In this document: positions 42,138 through 52,576 of the stretch, piece by piece
Layout: each line of letters starts with the position of its first letter
Numbering within the stretch: the first letter of the stretch is position 1
DNA from: a virus
Lineage: Duplodnaviria > Caudoviricetes
Direction: 5' to 3' (one strand)
IMG/VR virus record: IMGVR_UViG_3300034993_000085
Location: 5,479 to 69,478 of that record
DNA: 64,000 nucleotides
The notes under the pieces: generated by a model
Databases searched by the model: none
Told to the model about the DNA's origin: nothing
Seen by the model: the letters and a program-made list of their open reading frames with translations, nothing else
Translations under genes and position numbers: made by a program

Positions 42138-43526
42138 CTAATCTCGGAACGCGACGTACTTGTACGGAGCACCACTGTAGTTCCCGTGCCAATCACCGGA
42201 GCCAACCCTGAACCCGTTGGCGATGATCTTCACATGAGTGCACCACTCAGTATTCCCACCATTATTACTAAACGCGCTGCCGCCCGTGTCGTGGATATGA
42301 TGCACCCCAATATTGGCATTGGATGTTCCACCTATAAGGAGCACGGCTCGCGGGGTAAATCCGACATTGAAGTCTCTGTTACCTGTTCCGCCATCTCCGG
42401 TATACGAACCACTTACAGGAACCGCAAGGGTTGACGCCGTAGTAAGCACGGCATTACCGCCCTGCTTGAGTGCCGTGAAGTCCGCATCATTGAGCGTCGC
42501 AACATTCTGCCCGCCCTTTTGTAGCGCCGTAAAGTTGGCGCTGTCGAGTGTTGCGACGGACTGCCCGCCTCGCTGAAGCGTTGTGAAGTTTGCACTTGCA
42601 AGTTTTGCGAGCGCGGACTCCTGAACTCCATCAACGGTGTCAGCATCGAGACCGGAGCTTGCCCCATCATTGCCCGCATCCCATATCTGGTGCTGGGCTC
42701 CCGCTATTGTTTTCCGGTGAAACGTGCCGCCCATCTCCATGAACGCCGCACCATTTACACCGGGACGATGGAACCCGATCGCCGCTATGCCCCCGGTTGC
42801 TTCAATATAGACCCCAGCATTGATGTAGAGATCACCATTGTCAGCGGCAGGCTTACGAGCAAGTAGCTGAGAGTTCCCGTTCAAGAATATGTTGGCGTTG
42901 TTTGCAGTAGAGAGGGATGACTGGATGCTGATACCAGCGCCCCCGGCCTGAATGTCAAGGCCCCCAGCAACCAGCGTCCCATAGGCACTTCCGGCCTGGT
43001 TGAGAAGGTGGAACTGGGCGTTGCGGGCCTGCATAATATGCCGCCCGCCGCCTCCCCCGCCACCCGTCAGCGAGTCAAAGAGGAATGTCCCCAGCCCGCC
43101 ATCCCCGTTCCACTGGATCGACCCGAACGACGCATGCCCGAGTGGTCCGAACCTGAGAGCCGGGTTCCCAGTAAGGACCGCAAGCTCCGATGCGCCGACC
43201 GCGCCGGCGGCTATTTGCGCCGCACCTACGGAGTCAGTCCCGAGTGCCGCAGAACCAACCGCCCCCGCCGCGAGCTTCGGTGCAGTGATTGCCCCGTCTT
43301 GAATCTTCGCGGTCGCGATCGATGCCGCCTGGTAGGCCCCGGCATGGATGGAAAGGTCAGCGACGCGAGCGACCGCGAGTCCCCGGGTAGATGCGTGCGT
43401 GTGCTGGTCTACCGCTGCCGCGAGACGCCCGAGGTCCTCCGGGAAAAGAGGATGTTCGTCGTCCGAATCTGCCCACTGAAACTGGGTACCTGCCGCAGTG
43501 AAATTTGAGGAAGTTAACCGTGCCAC
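42138..43526 (-). CDS. Tail fibre / receptor-binding protein
   Basis: Gly/Ala-rich; AVTxxKI-like repeats; internal ANFT repeats; VGFTP C-terminal module. Confidence 0.7.
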   Translation of the reverse strand: MARLTSSNFTAAGTQFQWADSDDEHPLFPEDLGRLAAAVDQHTHASTRGLAVARVADLSIHAGAYQAASIATAKIQDGAITAPKLAAGAVGSAALGTDSVGAAQIAAGAVGASELAVLTGNPALRFGPLGHASFGSIQWNGDGGLGTFLFDSLTGGGGGGGRHIMQARNAQFHLLNQAGSAYGTLVAGGLDIQAGGAGISIQSSLSTANNANIFLNGNSQLLARKPAADNGDLYINAGVYIEATGGIAAIGFHRPGVNGAAFMEMGGTFHRKTIAGAQHQIWDAGNDGASSGLDADTVDGVQESALAKLASANFTTLQRGGQSVATLDSANFTALQKGGQNVATLNDADFTALKQGGNAVLTTASTLAVPVSGSYTGDGGTGNRDFNVGFTPRAVLLIGGTSNANIGVHHIHDTGGSAFSNNGGNTEWCTHVKIIANGFRVGSGDWHGNYSGAPYKYVAFRD

Positions 43527-43556
43527 ATGATCCTCCTTTGAAGAGTAGTCACGGGC

Positions 43557-45713
43557 TTAGAGCAGTGCTTCGAGTTGGGCATAGGTGTACGCCTCCATCT
43601 CGCCATAGGTCATACTGGTCTGGACGATGGAGCCTTGAATTGTCAGCGTCTTGAACTGCGTGGCCGAGAGTGTGATCTCCCACTCTATGCCGTACCGTTT
43701 ATCCGACGCGACGATCTGTTCCTGATAGTCGATGACCGAGACTTCTTCGGGCACCCCTGATGGCGGGATGAGCTTAATTGTACCCGGTATACCGGCGAGC
43801 GCCATCAGGCCATTGCGAATATCCTCAGCCGTGCGCCAGTCCACGGCGCCGTTGTACTTCGCCATGAAGTTCCGGGCCTGTGCTGTGAGGATGTACTCCA
43901 ACAGCATCGGCGGGCGCACCTGTTGGTAAATCGCGATGCCCTCAACCTCGGGGGTTTGTGTCGTCGTACTCGACAGCATGACCAGGCGCGTTTGCAGGCT
44001 CTTCGCAATAAGAGCGGTCCACTGCGGAAAATCGATCCGCTGCCCAGGCACCGTGAACATCGCGACATCTCCGGTACCTTGCGCCGCTGTAGGTGTACCC
44101 GGGTTCTCCCCAATCACGCCAGGAGTGGGAGCCTCGATGCTGCCTTCTGCCGGGAGACGCAGCGGGGACCACGGCGCGTCGTCACTCGTTCGGTATTCGA
44201 GTTCGCAATACGCCGTCGTGTCGATCTTCGGCCCAAACACCCCAAATCCACGGTAGAGTTTGAAGTCGGCGGCGTACCCTCCGTGGTTGGATGGCGGATA
44301 GAAGTACGTCGCTTCGTCCGTGAACTCACACGCGGGGTCAGCCGTAGGATCGGGGTGATTCCGGGGAAGGTAGCACCACTGGGCCGTGCCGTCCGAGAAC
44401 CCAACGTACAGCCGGTCGTTGGTTCCATCGGTCGGGATGATGTCGAGCGCGGTGACTTGCTTATCTTCCCACTTCTTGAGAGACCCATGGTGTACGTCCT
44501 CATATTCAAGAAGCTGCGGGTTGTTGTCACCTTCCGATTCGATCCACGCCCCATACTTCATCAGGTGGCTGTCCCCTGAGATCGGGTTGTAAAGCGCGTA
44601 GTACAGGAACCACGTGTTGTGCGGTACCCAGGCCACCGGGTATCCAGTCACTTCAGAATCGTTGTGGAGAAGAAGCTCTTGCCCAATGCCCTGCATCGAG
44701 CCGTCTTGCTTGAACTTCACGAACCCGTCGCCAAACCGGAAGTACAGATTCTTCAGCCAGGACCGGGCATTCCTGCCATTGTTCTCGTTCGCGGCTTGCA
44801 GGAACCCAGGAAAGAGATCGTTCGTACTCCCATCGGCATTGAGCGTGTAGATCGAAGTCTCTTTGAAGAAGTGCGGAACGCCCTGATCGACAATGAGCCC
44901 GGTCGATCGGTAGCTCTTGTCTCCGATGACGAAGGACCCACTCCAGCTTGCCGAGGTTACCGGGTTATTCGCAGGGGCCAGGAGCCTGAACGCGTCCTGA
45001 TCCTCGAATACATAGAGTTCCCCGTTGCCTTCAGCGACCCAACGCGGGCGCCGCGAGCCTGCGATGCCCGATGGCCCTGGTCCTTCAAGCGCACCCATCT
45101 CATAGAAGCCCGTCGCGTCCCCCGTGTCCTCGTAGTACATCAGGTTGTGGAGTGAGTCGGCAGTAAGATAGGTCCGGTAGAGCGCATTGCCTGTGGCGGT
45201 CGAGTGGGTGAACCGCGCAGCCTGGTTGAACGTCGAGTCCGCGAGCGTCGCGAGCGTGGTCCACGCGGCGCCGTCCGCTGTCTTGACCGCGAACTTCGTG
45301 CCGGCGATAGCAAAGACCGTGAACTCCCCGTTGAATCGGTTACGCACAAACTGGGTGACGGGCTGCCCTGCCGCGACGGTCTCAGCCGGATGGAACAGGG
45401 GACCCTTGATCGGCTGCCCATCGATCGACGCGTCCCCGTTAATCATGTAATAGTAACGCCGGGGAATCCGGCCATTAGACGGCTGGGTCTTGAGCCCCAT
45501 GCCGAGCACCACGTTCTTTGCCGGGTACGCGATCTCTAGTCTGGGGTCATTGGTCCCATACTCCGGGGCTATGGCCACGGGGTTCAGGGCTTTCGACTTG
45601 CGCGCCACAAGCTGCCCGCTCTGTTTGGGATCGAGCATCACCCCGATGTCCCCGACGTACGCATCGAACGGGTAGGGTGGGCGCCGGTTAACCGGACTTA
45701 ATACGTTTGGCAT
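43557..45713 (-). CDS. Tail nozzle/stabilisation protein (podovirus-type)
   Basis: 718 aa, beta-rich, between adaptor and fibre; by synteny. Confidence 0.55.
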   Translation of the reverse strand: MPNVLSPVNRRPPYPFDAYVGDIGVMLDPKQSGQLVARKSKALNPVAIAPEYGTNDPRLEIAYPAKNVVLGMGLKTQPSNGRIPRRYYYMINGDASIDGQPIKGPLFHPAETVAAGQPVTQFVRNRFNGEFTVFAIAGTKFAVKTADGAAWTTLATLADSTFNQAARFTHSTATGNALYRTYLTADSLHNLMYYEDTGDATGFYEMGALEGPGPSGIAGSRRPRWVAEGNGELYVFEDQDAFRLLAPANNPVTSASWSGSFVIGDKSYRSTGLIVDQGVPHFFKETSIYTLNADGSTNDLFPGFLQAANENNGRNARSWLKNLYFRFGDGFVKFKQDGSMQGIGQELLLHNDSEVTGYPVAWVPHNTWFLYYALYNPISGDSHLMKYGAWIESEGDNNPQLLEYEDVHHGSLKKWEDKQVTALDIIPTDGTNDRLYVGFSDGTAQWCYLPRNHPDPTADPACEFTDEATYFYPPSNHGGYAADFKLYRGFGVFGPKIDTTAYCELEYRTSDDAPWSPLRLPAEGSIEAPTPGVIGENPGTPTAAQGTGDVAMFTVPGQRIDFPQWTALIAKSLQTRLVMLSSTTTQTPEVEGIAIYQQVRPPMLLEYILTAQARNFMAKYNGAVDWRTAEDIRNGLMALAGIPGTIKLIPPSGVPEEVSVIDYQEQIVASDKRYGIEWEITLSATQFKTLTIQGSIVQTSMTYGEMEAYTYAQLEALL

Positions 45714-46894
45714 TAACTAGCGTTCGACTGTCCGGTATACACACCGAACGGTCCCGGAGGCTGGTTGTACTGGGGAACATGCGAGATGACAAGCTCCCCT
45801 TCTTTGGTAAACACCTTCGCGGCGTCGGTCTTGGATATCCCCATGTCCAACTGCGCGAGCGGGGTAAGCTGAGCGGGGTAGTAGCGCCAGCACTCCACGT
45901 GCGCGGCTGATGCCGCGTACTCCTTTGAGATGTGCACGTAATCGTCATCATCGTTCGGCCCAGCAAGCGTCGTCGAGCCATTGACCAGGGTGTGTGCGGG
46001 TCGGAGCGCCGTGACGATCGCGCGCCCAGCATGGAACGCTCCTGACCGGATGTGCAACCGGCCCTGCCGAGCGATGGGTTTCCACCACCCGACCTTTGTG
46101 GGTACCGCAAATGGGGTATCCCACCCGGAGTCGATGGTCATGACTTGCCATGTGTCTTTGAGCCACGGAGCGAGCGCCGTGAAGTCGGACTCGATGTTCC
46201 CTGCATCAGGAGTGAGCGTCACGGTGTCAATGAAGTACGCCCGTCTGAGCCCTTCGAGTACGGCGGATCGGATCGCCACCGGATCAAGCGCCATAAGCTC
46301 GATCACTTCGTTCTGGATCGGCGCTCCGGTGTAGTTCCGATCAACCACAAGCGCTCCGGTGGATACATCCAGTTCTTTCACGACCCGTACGCGATCGTCT
46401 GCAATGAATCCCGGGACGGCGCTGCCTGATGTCGTCCGGCCTCGCCGCAAGATATACAGGTCATCGTAGCCACTGCGCAGCAGTCGCGATTGCAGCGTCG
46501 GCACTGGCACGCGCTCAACGGTGGCGCCTGACCCAGCGACAAGGGAGAAGTACGGCCCGATACGTCGGGCTGTCTCAGCCTCGATCTCTGCGAGCGATGG
46601 CCCAGGGAGCATGACCTCGGCAGCCTCGATCTCGAATAGCTGTTGCACATAGGACGTGCTGCTCCCGTTGATGACTTCCCACTGCGCCTCGTACTGACCG
46701 GAGAGTGCGATCGCTCCAATGTCATAGCTGTAGGTGCCCGTTGTAGTGGGGGCAATATCCCCAGTGGGAGTGACGATCACCGCGAGCGTATCTGCGTTGC
46801 GGATACCGAAGGTGTTGCCCACGTCCTTGAGCTTGACCGATGTTGCGTTCGCCAGCACATCGTCAACGTAGTTTTCTATTGATATGCTCGACAT
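45713..46894 (-). CDS. Head-tail adaptor-like protein
   Basis: 393 aa; position in the tail module. Confidence 0.45.
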   Translation of the reverse strand: MSSISIENYVDDVLANATSVKLKDVGNTFGIRNADTLAVIVTPTGDIAPTTTGTYSYDIGAIALSGQYEAQWEVINGSSTSYVQQLFEIEAAEVMLPGPSLAEIEAETARRIGPYFSLVAGSGATVERVPVPTLQSRLLRSGYDDLYILRRGRTTSGSAVPGFIADDRVRVVKELDVSTGALVVDRNYTGAPIQNEVIELMALDPVAIRSAVLEGLRRAYFIDTVTLTPDAGNIESDFTALAPWLKDTWQVMTIDSGWDTPFAVPTKVGWWKPIARQGRLHIRSGAFHAGRAIVTALRPAHTLVNGSTTLAGPNDDDDYVHISKEYAASAAHVECWRYYPAQLTPLAQLDMGISKTDAAKVFTKEGELVISHVPQYNQPPGPFGVYTGQSNAS

Positions 46895-49005
46895 TACGGC
46901 TCCACTCTTGGGGCAATTCCAATACGCTTGGTTATTCCCGAGACGATCCGGTTCTTATTCACCCGCGACGCAACCGCTACGCCTATTTTACTCGTTGTGT
47001 GCCGAATGCCGGAGAGTCGGGGGTCAAGCTGGATCGATGTCTCGATGCGCGTGAAGAATGTGGAGATATGCGTGGTGACCGGAGTGACGAAGCCAGCGAG
47101 GCTCAGGACCCCCGAGAGGAGCTTGTTGACTTGCTTTCTCAGGGCTCCGGCAGATGCCATCGCCCCGCTCAGTGAGACATACTGGGTCCCGACAATGGTG
47201 TTCTGAAGTTCCCCCGACGATGAGAACACCGGAGTAGTCGTGCCATCGTAGGGGATGTTCGTGTCATAGGGAACAACGGAGTCATACGGCAGGAACCGCC
47301 GAAGCGTGATGTTAGCCTGTTTGAACGCTGCCCCAGCCAGCGCCAGGGTCCCGGTGAATAGTCTGGAAAGACTAAACCGCAAGGCCCCGGATGGTATGAG
47401 TACCCCAGTCAGGAGCTTGTTCGTTACTCGACGGAGCAGCCCTGATGATGCCATAGCCCCGGTGAACGTACGCGGCACGATGCGCAGCCTGGTCAATGCT
47501 CCCGAGCTTGTCAGAGTTCCAGTGAGCCGCTTGTTTGCCTGGTTGCGGAGTGCCCCCGCAAGCGGCAGAGCCCCAGCGAACGTCCGTAGGGGCTTCTTTA
47601 TGAGCGCTCCAACCAGGGTGAGCGTCCCGCCCACGTTGAGTGTAAAGAGTCCCGCCCCGACCTTCGAGACGCTGGTTGCACCTGTTGGAGTAAGAGCCCC
47701 GGATAGCAGTTTGTTGACTTGCTTGGTGAGCCCGCCTCCCAGCGTAAGCACACCGGCGAAGCTTTTGTTTAGCTGAGTACGCACAATTCCCGAGAGCGTT
47801 ATGGCTCCCGTGAAGAGCTTGTTGACCTGTGAGCGGAGCGCTCCTGCGGTACCCAGTGTACCGGGGAATGTCTTATTCACTTTCTTCGAGAGCACCCCTG
47901 ACGAAGTAAGCGCTCCTGTGAGTACCCGATACACGAGCTTGTTGAGCGCCCCTGCTGGAGTTATTACCCCGGTGAGTCGCTTCTGTATCTGGTTCTTCAG
48001 CACCCCTCCAAGGGTAAGTACCCCAGAAATAGCGAGCACCGCGACTCGTTGCCGACTTAATGCCCCGCTGCTCGTTACTGCCCCCGAGATCGGCTTATTC
48101 ACCCGCTTCACGACTATGCCACCGGGGGTGATAGCAGCAACGAGAATCTTATTGGGCTGCTTTTTCAGTGCTCCGCCATCGGTGAGCACCCCAGCCAGTT
48201 GTTTTTGTGTCTGGAACTTCATGCTGCCTGCGCTGGTGAATGTTCCAGCCGGGGTAATGGGGGTGACAGTCCCGCTCGGTGCCTTGCCATACCGGATGCG
48301 ATACGGGCGATACAGCGCCCAGCGTGTCGCGTTGTCGTACAGATTCCACACTTCCATGTCGGATAGTGACCGAGAGTACGCTCTCGCGTCGGCCACCTTA
48401 CCGTCCATGTACTCGGCCTCGCCACTATCGAACGAGCACCCAACAGCGGCGTAGATCAGCGCAGCCGCGCTCGTAGAGTTCCCCGTAGTGACGAACTTCC
48501 CATTGACAAATAGGCGCTGCGATGACGCCGCGAGCCCAACAACCGTGAGGTGGTACCACGTGTTTGCCGACGCCGACGCGACCATGGTGCCCAGGTTGCC
48601 ACCAAATGGGGCACCGAATACGATGACTCCCGAACGCATCGAGATCATGTTTACGGAGAACGTGCCCGATGACCATGACATCGCGTTCGTCGTTCCGGAA
48701 GTAGTGTCCCACTTCGCCCAGATGGAAAACGTGTACTTGCCGTCGAACGTGATGCCTTCGAACTTGAACGGATTGAAGATAATCCGCGACGGTGATGAGC
48801 CGGTAAAGTCCCACACTCTCCCGAAATCGGGGTCGGGAACTGGCCGCGCGGTGGTCCCAATAACGGACGGACGGTTCTTGTTTAGCGGATGGGCGTAGGT
48901 TCCCCCGGGGAGCCAGAGCGCCAGCGCGTCGTTCTGCTTACTCGATGTGTTTGGCCGGAGCGCCCGCTGAAGTGCTGGGCGCTCCGTGTATCGAGGGGTT
49001 GACAC
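46894..49005 (-). CDS. LamG/concanavalin-like domain plus long repeat stalk
   Basis: FSIWAKW, WYHLTVV, LFVNG, YMDGKVADARAYSRSLS; then more than 15 G.LT.SG.L.K...K-type repeats. Confidence 0.7.
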   Translation of the reverse strand: MSTPRYTERPALQRALRPNTSSKQNDALALWLPGGTYAHPLNKNRPSVIGTTARPVPDPDFGRVWDFTGSSPSRIIFNPFKFEGITFDGKYTFSIWAKWDTTSGTTNAMSWSSGTFSVNMISMRSGVIVFGAPFGGNLGTMVASASANTWYHLTVVGLAASSQRLFVNGKFVTTGNSTSAAALIYAAVGCSFDSGEAEYMDGKVADARAYSRSLSDMEVWNLYDNATRWALYRPYRIRYGKAPSGTVTPITPAGTFTSAGSMKFQTQKQLAGVLTDGGALKKQPNKILVAAITPGGIVVKRVNKPISGAVTSSGALSRQRVAVLAISGVLTLGGVLKNQIQKRLTGVITPAGALNKLVYRVLTGALTSSGVLSKKVNKTFPGTLGTAGALRSQVNKLFTGAITLSGIVRTQLNKSFAGVLTLGGGLTKQVNKLLSGALTPTGATSVSKVGAGLFTLNVGGTLTLVGALIKKPLRTFAGALPLAGALRNQANKRLTGTLTSSGALTRLRIVPRTFTGAMASSGLLRRVTNKLLTGVLIPSGALRFSLSRLFTGTLALAGAAFKQANITLRRFLPYDSVVPYDTNIPYDGTTTPVFSSSGELQNTIVGTQYVSLSGAMASAGALRKQVNKLLSGVLSLAGFVTPVTTHISTFFTRIETSIQLDPRLSGIRHTTSKIGVAVASRVNKNRIVSGITKRIGIAPRVEP

Positions 49006-49006
49006 C

Positions 49007-49495
49007 CTACTGAATCTCTGGCGGTACCGGAGTCAGCGTGATGATGCTAGTGTTCGCCGTGTTACGAAGATTATCTCCGGCTGAGCCGTTCCATACACCG
49101 ATGCTGATATAACGGTCATATATTTCCACGACGCCAGAGCCCACGCAATCCGTATTCGTCGATGTCGTATCGACCACCACGGTGCCGAAGTTCCATCCGT
49201 TCCGGCGTTTATCACTCGTGAGGGCCGCGTCGGCGGTACCCACGGTGCCATCAACCACGGAGCCATCGCCGCCAAACAAATACAGTTCGATAAGCTCCGC
49301 GATGGCGGGAGCCGTCGCAAACTGGAATTGTCCGCGCCAGATGTAGAGCCCAGCCTTCGAACCTGAGCCCCGGTCATACTGTGCACTGACCCGCCCCGCG
49401 CCAAAGGCCAAGTTTGCCAGGGTGATAACGGCAGACCCGCCGGAGTCCTTGAAGGTGAGCGCTGTTTCTGGCGCGTGGAGAATCTTGTTTGGCAT
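49007..49495 (-). CDS. Virion structural protein
   Basis: 162 aa, beta-rich. Confidence 0.6.
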   Translation of the reverse strand: MPNKILHAPETALTFKDSGGSAVITLANLAFGAGRVSAQYDRGSGSKAGLYIWRGQFQFATAPAIAELIELYLFGGDGSVVDGTVGTADAALTSDKRRNGWNFGTVVVDTTSTNTDCVGSGVVEIYDRYISIGVWNGSAGDNLRNTANTSIITLTPVPPEIQ

Positions 49496-49971
49496 TAGCT
49501 ATTTCGAGCGGTGGCGATATCTTCCCTGGTCACCACCGTGCCCTCCCCGAATAGCTGCTCTGCCCGTGAACCGAAGCGCTGCGCGAGCGCGTCGAACCGG
49601 GCCTGAGAGCCGTTGGTCGTACCAAGAACGCGATCGATGTTATCCCGCGTGCGCGTCTTGGCCCCGGCAGCATCCCGTAACCGTATCTGCCCCGTTGACT
49701 GAAGCAACGATTCTAGCCACGATCCGACAAGGGTCGCGTTCAACTGCCCGCCGATAGCGAGGTCCCGGATGTCGATGGCTTCCATGAGTTCCATCGGCGT
49801 GATGGCCCCCCGGTTCACGGTGATCGCCCCTTCCCCGTCAGTACCGTTGCGTATCTTGTTGAGCAATGCCGCTGCCGCCTCGGGCTCGCCAGCGGCCAGC
49901 GTCGCCGCATACCCGTAGGTTTGCGGGTCAGTGAGCAGTTCCGTTTTGAGCGCCGCGTAATTGATGGCCAT
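49495..49971 (-). CDS. Virion-associated hypothetical protein
   Basis: Likely ATG 49971 (MAINYAALKTEL). Confidence 0.6.
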   Translation of the reverse strand: MAINYAALKTELLTDPQTYGYAATLAAGEPEAAAALLNKIRNGTDGEGAITVNRGAITPMELMEAIDIRDLAIGGQLNATLVGSWLESLLQSTGQIRLRDAAGAKTRTRDNIDRVLGTTNGSQARFDALAQRFGSRAEQLFGEGTVVTREDIATARNS

Positions 49972-49975
49972 TGGC

Positions 49976-50662
49976 TTATCCGCCCGAAGTACAGGTAAGC
50001 TCGTACGTGCTCTGGAGTCCGTCGCCAGAAGCCAGAGTAATCGCGGCATAGACTGACCGATCCAGCAGCGTACCGCCGCCAGTCGCGGCCTGACTGAATA
50101 CGCCGTGCTCTCGGAGCGCGGCGCCAGGAGCCGCATCGAGCGTGTTGGTTGCCACCGTTCGATAGATGTTGGCCGTCGCGCCCTCGGTCGTGGTCCCGGT
50201 AGCCCGGGTGGAATTTGGATTGTACTCAGTTGTTAACTCGGTGACTAAGGCCGTATCACCGGCTGCTTCAGCCGTAGACCCGGTGCCAATGCCATGATAT
50301 TTGAGGTTCTCAAGCTCGGTCGTGTTCTGGAACGCGTCAACAATGAAGTTGACCCCAGCGTCCGTCACCACCTTGCGGCACACAATGCCAAGCTCTTCTA
50401 TAGAGAAGGGCTTGCGCGCTTCAGGTCCCCACTTGATTGCGAGATCGAGTGACGATTCGACGATGACCGTCTTACTCATGTACTCAATGAGTTCGGCCAT
50501 CACGTCGCCAGGCAGATGCTTGCCAGCTACGTCCCGGACATACTGACCAAGCTGGGTCTTGGGGTCCCAGGTCTTGATCTTGTGTTCAATGTCCTCGGGA
50601 ACCCACGCACCCTTGCGGATGATCGTCAGCCCGGGATTGGGCTTTCGGAGTGGTGCAGTCAT
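49976..50662 (-). CDS. Virion structural protein
   Basis: VVTDAG...GIGTG..AEAAGDTAL..E...LREHGVF pattern typical of phage tail/structural proteins. Confidence 0.65.
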   Translation of the reverse strand: MTAPLRKPNPGLTIIRKGAWVPEDIEHKIKTWDPKTQLGQYVRDVAGKHLPGDVMAELIEYMSKTVIVESSLDLAIKWGPEARKPFSIEELGIVCRKVVTDAGVNFIVDAFQNTTELENLKYHGIGTGSTAEAAGDTALVTELTTEYNPNSTRATGTTTEGATANIYRTVATNTLDAAPGAALREHGVFSQAATGGGTLLDRSVYAAITLASGDGLQSTYELTCTSGG

Positions 50663-51006
50663 TATTCGTCCCCCTCTTTATCAGCGGGACTCTTCTTCAT
50701 GCGAACCGGGGCATTCTCACTGGTTATGCCCCCTTCGAGCTTCAGGGCGATGACCCCCGGAGGCGGTGCATCTTCGCGGTCGATGCCAAGCGATTGCACC
50801 AGGGCTTCCATCGCGAGCGCACCCGCAGTGTCGGCGTTTTCTTTCATGACCTTGCGGAACATCCGCAGGAACTTTGCGTCGGGCTCAACTTCGACTGAGC
50901 TTGTGGCCGTCTTGTTTCCGTCCGTCGCCTCAGCGTGAAGGGCGCCACTGGCGCTGTCCTCCTCAATGCGGAGGGTGAGCCACAGCTTTGATATGGACAG
51001 CGCCAT
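50662..51006 (-). CDS. Hypothetical protein
   Basis: AAGGAG RBS; 114 aa. Confidence 0.65.
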   Translation of the reverse strand: MALSISKLWLTLRIEEDSASGALHAEATDGNKTATSSVEVEPDAKFLRMFRKVMKENADTAGALAMEALVQSLGIDREDAPPPGVIALKLEGGITSENAPVRMKKSPADKEGDE

Positions 51007-51029
51007 GTTGTACTCCTTGAACTCCGGGC

Positions 51030-51269
51030 TTACTCTACGTCAAGCTCGGGGAGGCCCTCGCCGGTGTCCTCATCGAGCACCAACGGGCAGACTCCGCTTT
51101 CGGGCATCGGGATGTCGTCGGGATGGTTCCCCATGAACTTCTCATACTTGTCAGTCCGAACCTTGTGCGGCTCGTACTGCCCGGTCTCGTCGTCCATGTG
51201 GCACACCGCCACAAACGTCGGCTTGCCCTTCGCGTGATTCGTCTTGCCACTCTCTACAGGCTTTGCCAT
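51030..51269 (-). CDS. Hypothetical protein
   Basis: ATG 51269 with AAGGAG RBS. Confidence 0.55.
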   Translation of the reverse strand: MAKPVESGKTNHAKGKPTFVAVCHMDDETGQYEPHKVRTDKYEKFMGNHPDDIPMPESGVCPLVLDEDTGEGLPELDVE

Positions 51270-51712
51270 GATGTGTCTCCTTCCAGACATGCTGGGTCAA
51301 AGAACTCCGGTACCCATGTCCCACTCCGAATAAGGTGGGGACTTATGTCTATTCGCTCCTTCTCTAAGAGCGTACCATCTTCCAAGTTTACCCGGTACCA
51401 GTATTCAGTCTCCTGAGTGTGTGACAGGTCTCTAAACCCATCGCACCCAATCGATACCTGCACCCGAGCGTGCGCGGACCAGCCGTTTGTGACGCCAATG
51501 TCCGTCATCTGCCAGCCGCAGAATGCGCCCGGCCACTTCATAATCGGGTCGCCGTCCTCATCGAGCTTGGTATCCAGGTTGTCATCAAGCTCATAGAGCA
51601 GGGCGTTGCACTCCGCGTTCACTAACTGACTCACCACAGTCCGGACTTCTGACTCACCCGAGTCAATGAAGGGCAGGAAAGCGAGGAGTGCGACAAAGAG
51701 GAAGGTCGTCAT
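51254..51712 (-). CDS. Exported/membrane-anchored protein
   Basis: Hydrophobic N-terminus. Confidence 0.55.
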   Translation of the reverse strand: MTTFLFVALLAFLPFIDSGESEVRTVVSQLVNAECNALLYELDDNLDTKLDEDGDPIMKWPGAFCGWQMTDIGVTNGWSAHARVQVSIGCDGFRDLSHTQETEYWYRVNLEDGTLLEKERIDISPHLIRSGTWVPEFFDPACLEGDTSWQSL

Positions 51713-52179
51713 TCAGGTTTCTTATTCGCGTCCCGCGAACCCTTCTGAAGCCGGTCACCCTTGTCACACTGGTTGCCTTCGAGATGGCAGTAATTGTCCC
51801 CGAGTGCCGGGCCGCTCATGGCGTCGTCTGCTGAAACTATTGAGAGATAGGCTTCGTTCTGGGGGAGCCGAATGACGTGGTGCTCCGCGCCATGGTCATC
51901 GATTTCTAGAAAGACCTCGACGATCGCACACTTGCCGACCGTGTTGAGCATGTCCTGATGTGTCCATCCCCGGTGCTCCATAAGCCAACTAAAGTGTCCA
52001 TGTGCGATCGCGTTGGTGGGGTACCCTGCCTGCACATCCCAGAGCAGCGCGTCATCGAACCGGGGGTCCTCCCCCGTGAAGCACACTCCGTACTGATCGA
52101 ACTCGGGGAGTCCATCTGCACTCACCGTTGCCGGGAGTAGAGCCAAGAGAAATACAAATGCAATGAACCAGTGACGCAT
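51709..52179 (-). CDS. Secreted protein
   Basis: Signal peptide MRHWFIAFVFLLALLPATVSA; AAGGAGG RBS. Confidence 0.65.
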   Translation of the reverse strand: MRHWFIAFVFLLALLPATVSADGLPEFDQYGVCFTGEDPRFDDALLWDVQAGYPTNAIAHGHFSWLMEHRGWTHQDMLNTVGKCAIVEVFLEIDDHGAEHHVIRLPQNEAYLSIVSADDAMSGPALGDNYCHLEGNQCDKGDRLQKGSRDANKKPE

Positions 52180-52189
52180 CACGCCTCCT

Positions 52190-52576
52190 TCATTCCTGTA
52201 CCGTTGAGCGTATGTAGTGCAGCACGGCTTTCCCGATGATGACCTCAAACTGTTGCCGTCGAGCAGCAGTAATAGTTACCCCGGGGTCCTGCACATCGCG
52301 AATATAGTTCCGGATACCTGTCACTATCTGTGCTGCCTGGTCTTGAATATCGACAACATCTCCCCCGAACACAGGTTTTACGGGGGGCGTACCATCGTGG
52401 GCATCAAGCACCGCGCGAGCTTGAGCAGGAAGGTCTTTTGGATGGCCGTCCGCATCAACGACAGACACATCTACCCCGTCCGGGGTTGCCCGGCTCACCA
52501 TCCCCAAGACGATGATGTTCGCGGCGCTCAACTCTGCACGGAGCTTATCGAGAATAACTGGGCCGTGTTTAATCAT
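52190..52576 (-). CDS. Hypothetical protein
   Basis: ATGA overlap at 52573-52576. Confidence 0.55.
   Translation of the reverse strand: MIKHGPVILDKLRAELSAANIIVLGMVSRATPDGVDVSVVDADGHPKDLPAQARAVLDAHDGTPPVKPVFGGDVVDIQDQAAQIVTGIRNYIRDVQDPGVTITAARRQQFEVIIGKAVLHYIRSTVQE

Noticed and set aside
47486-47500. GGAGCATTGACCA-like match in the LamG/repeat gene
   Set aside because: Imperfect and explained by the coding repeat Gly-Ala-Leu-Thr.
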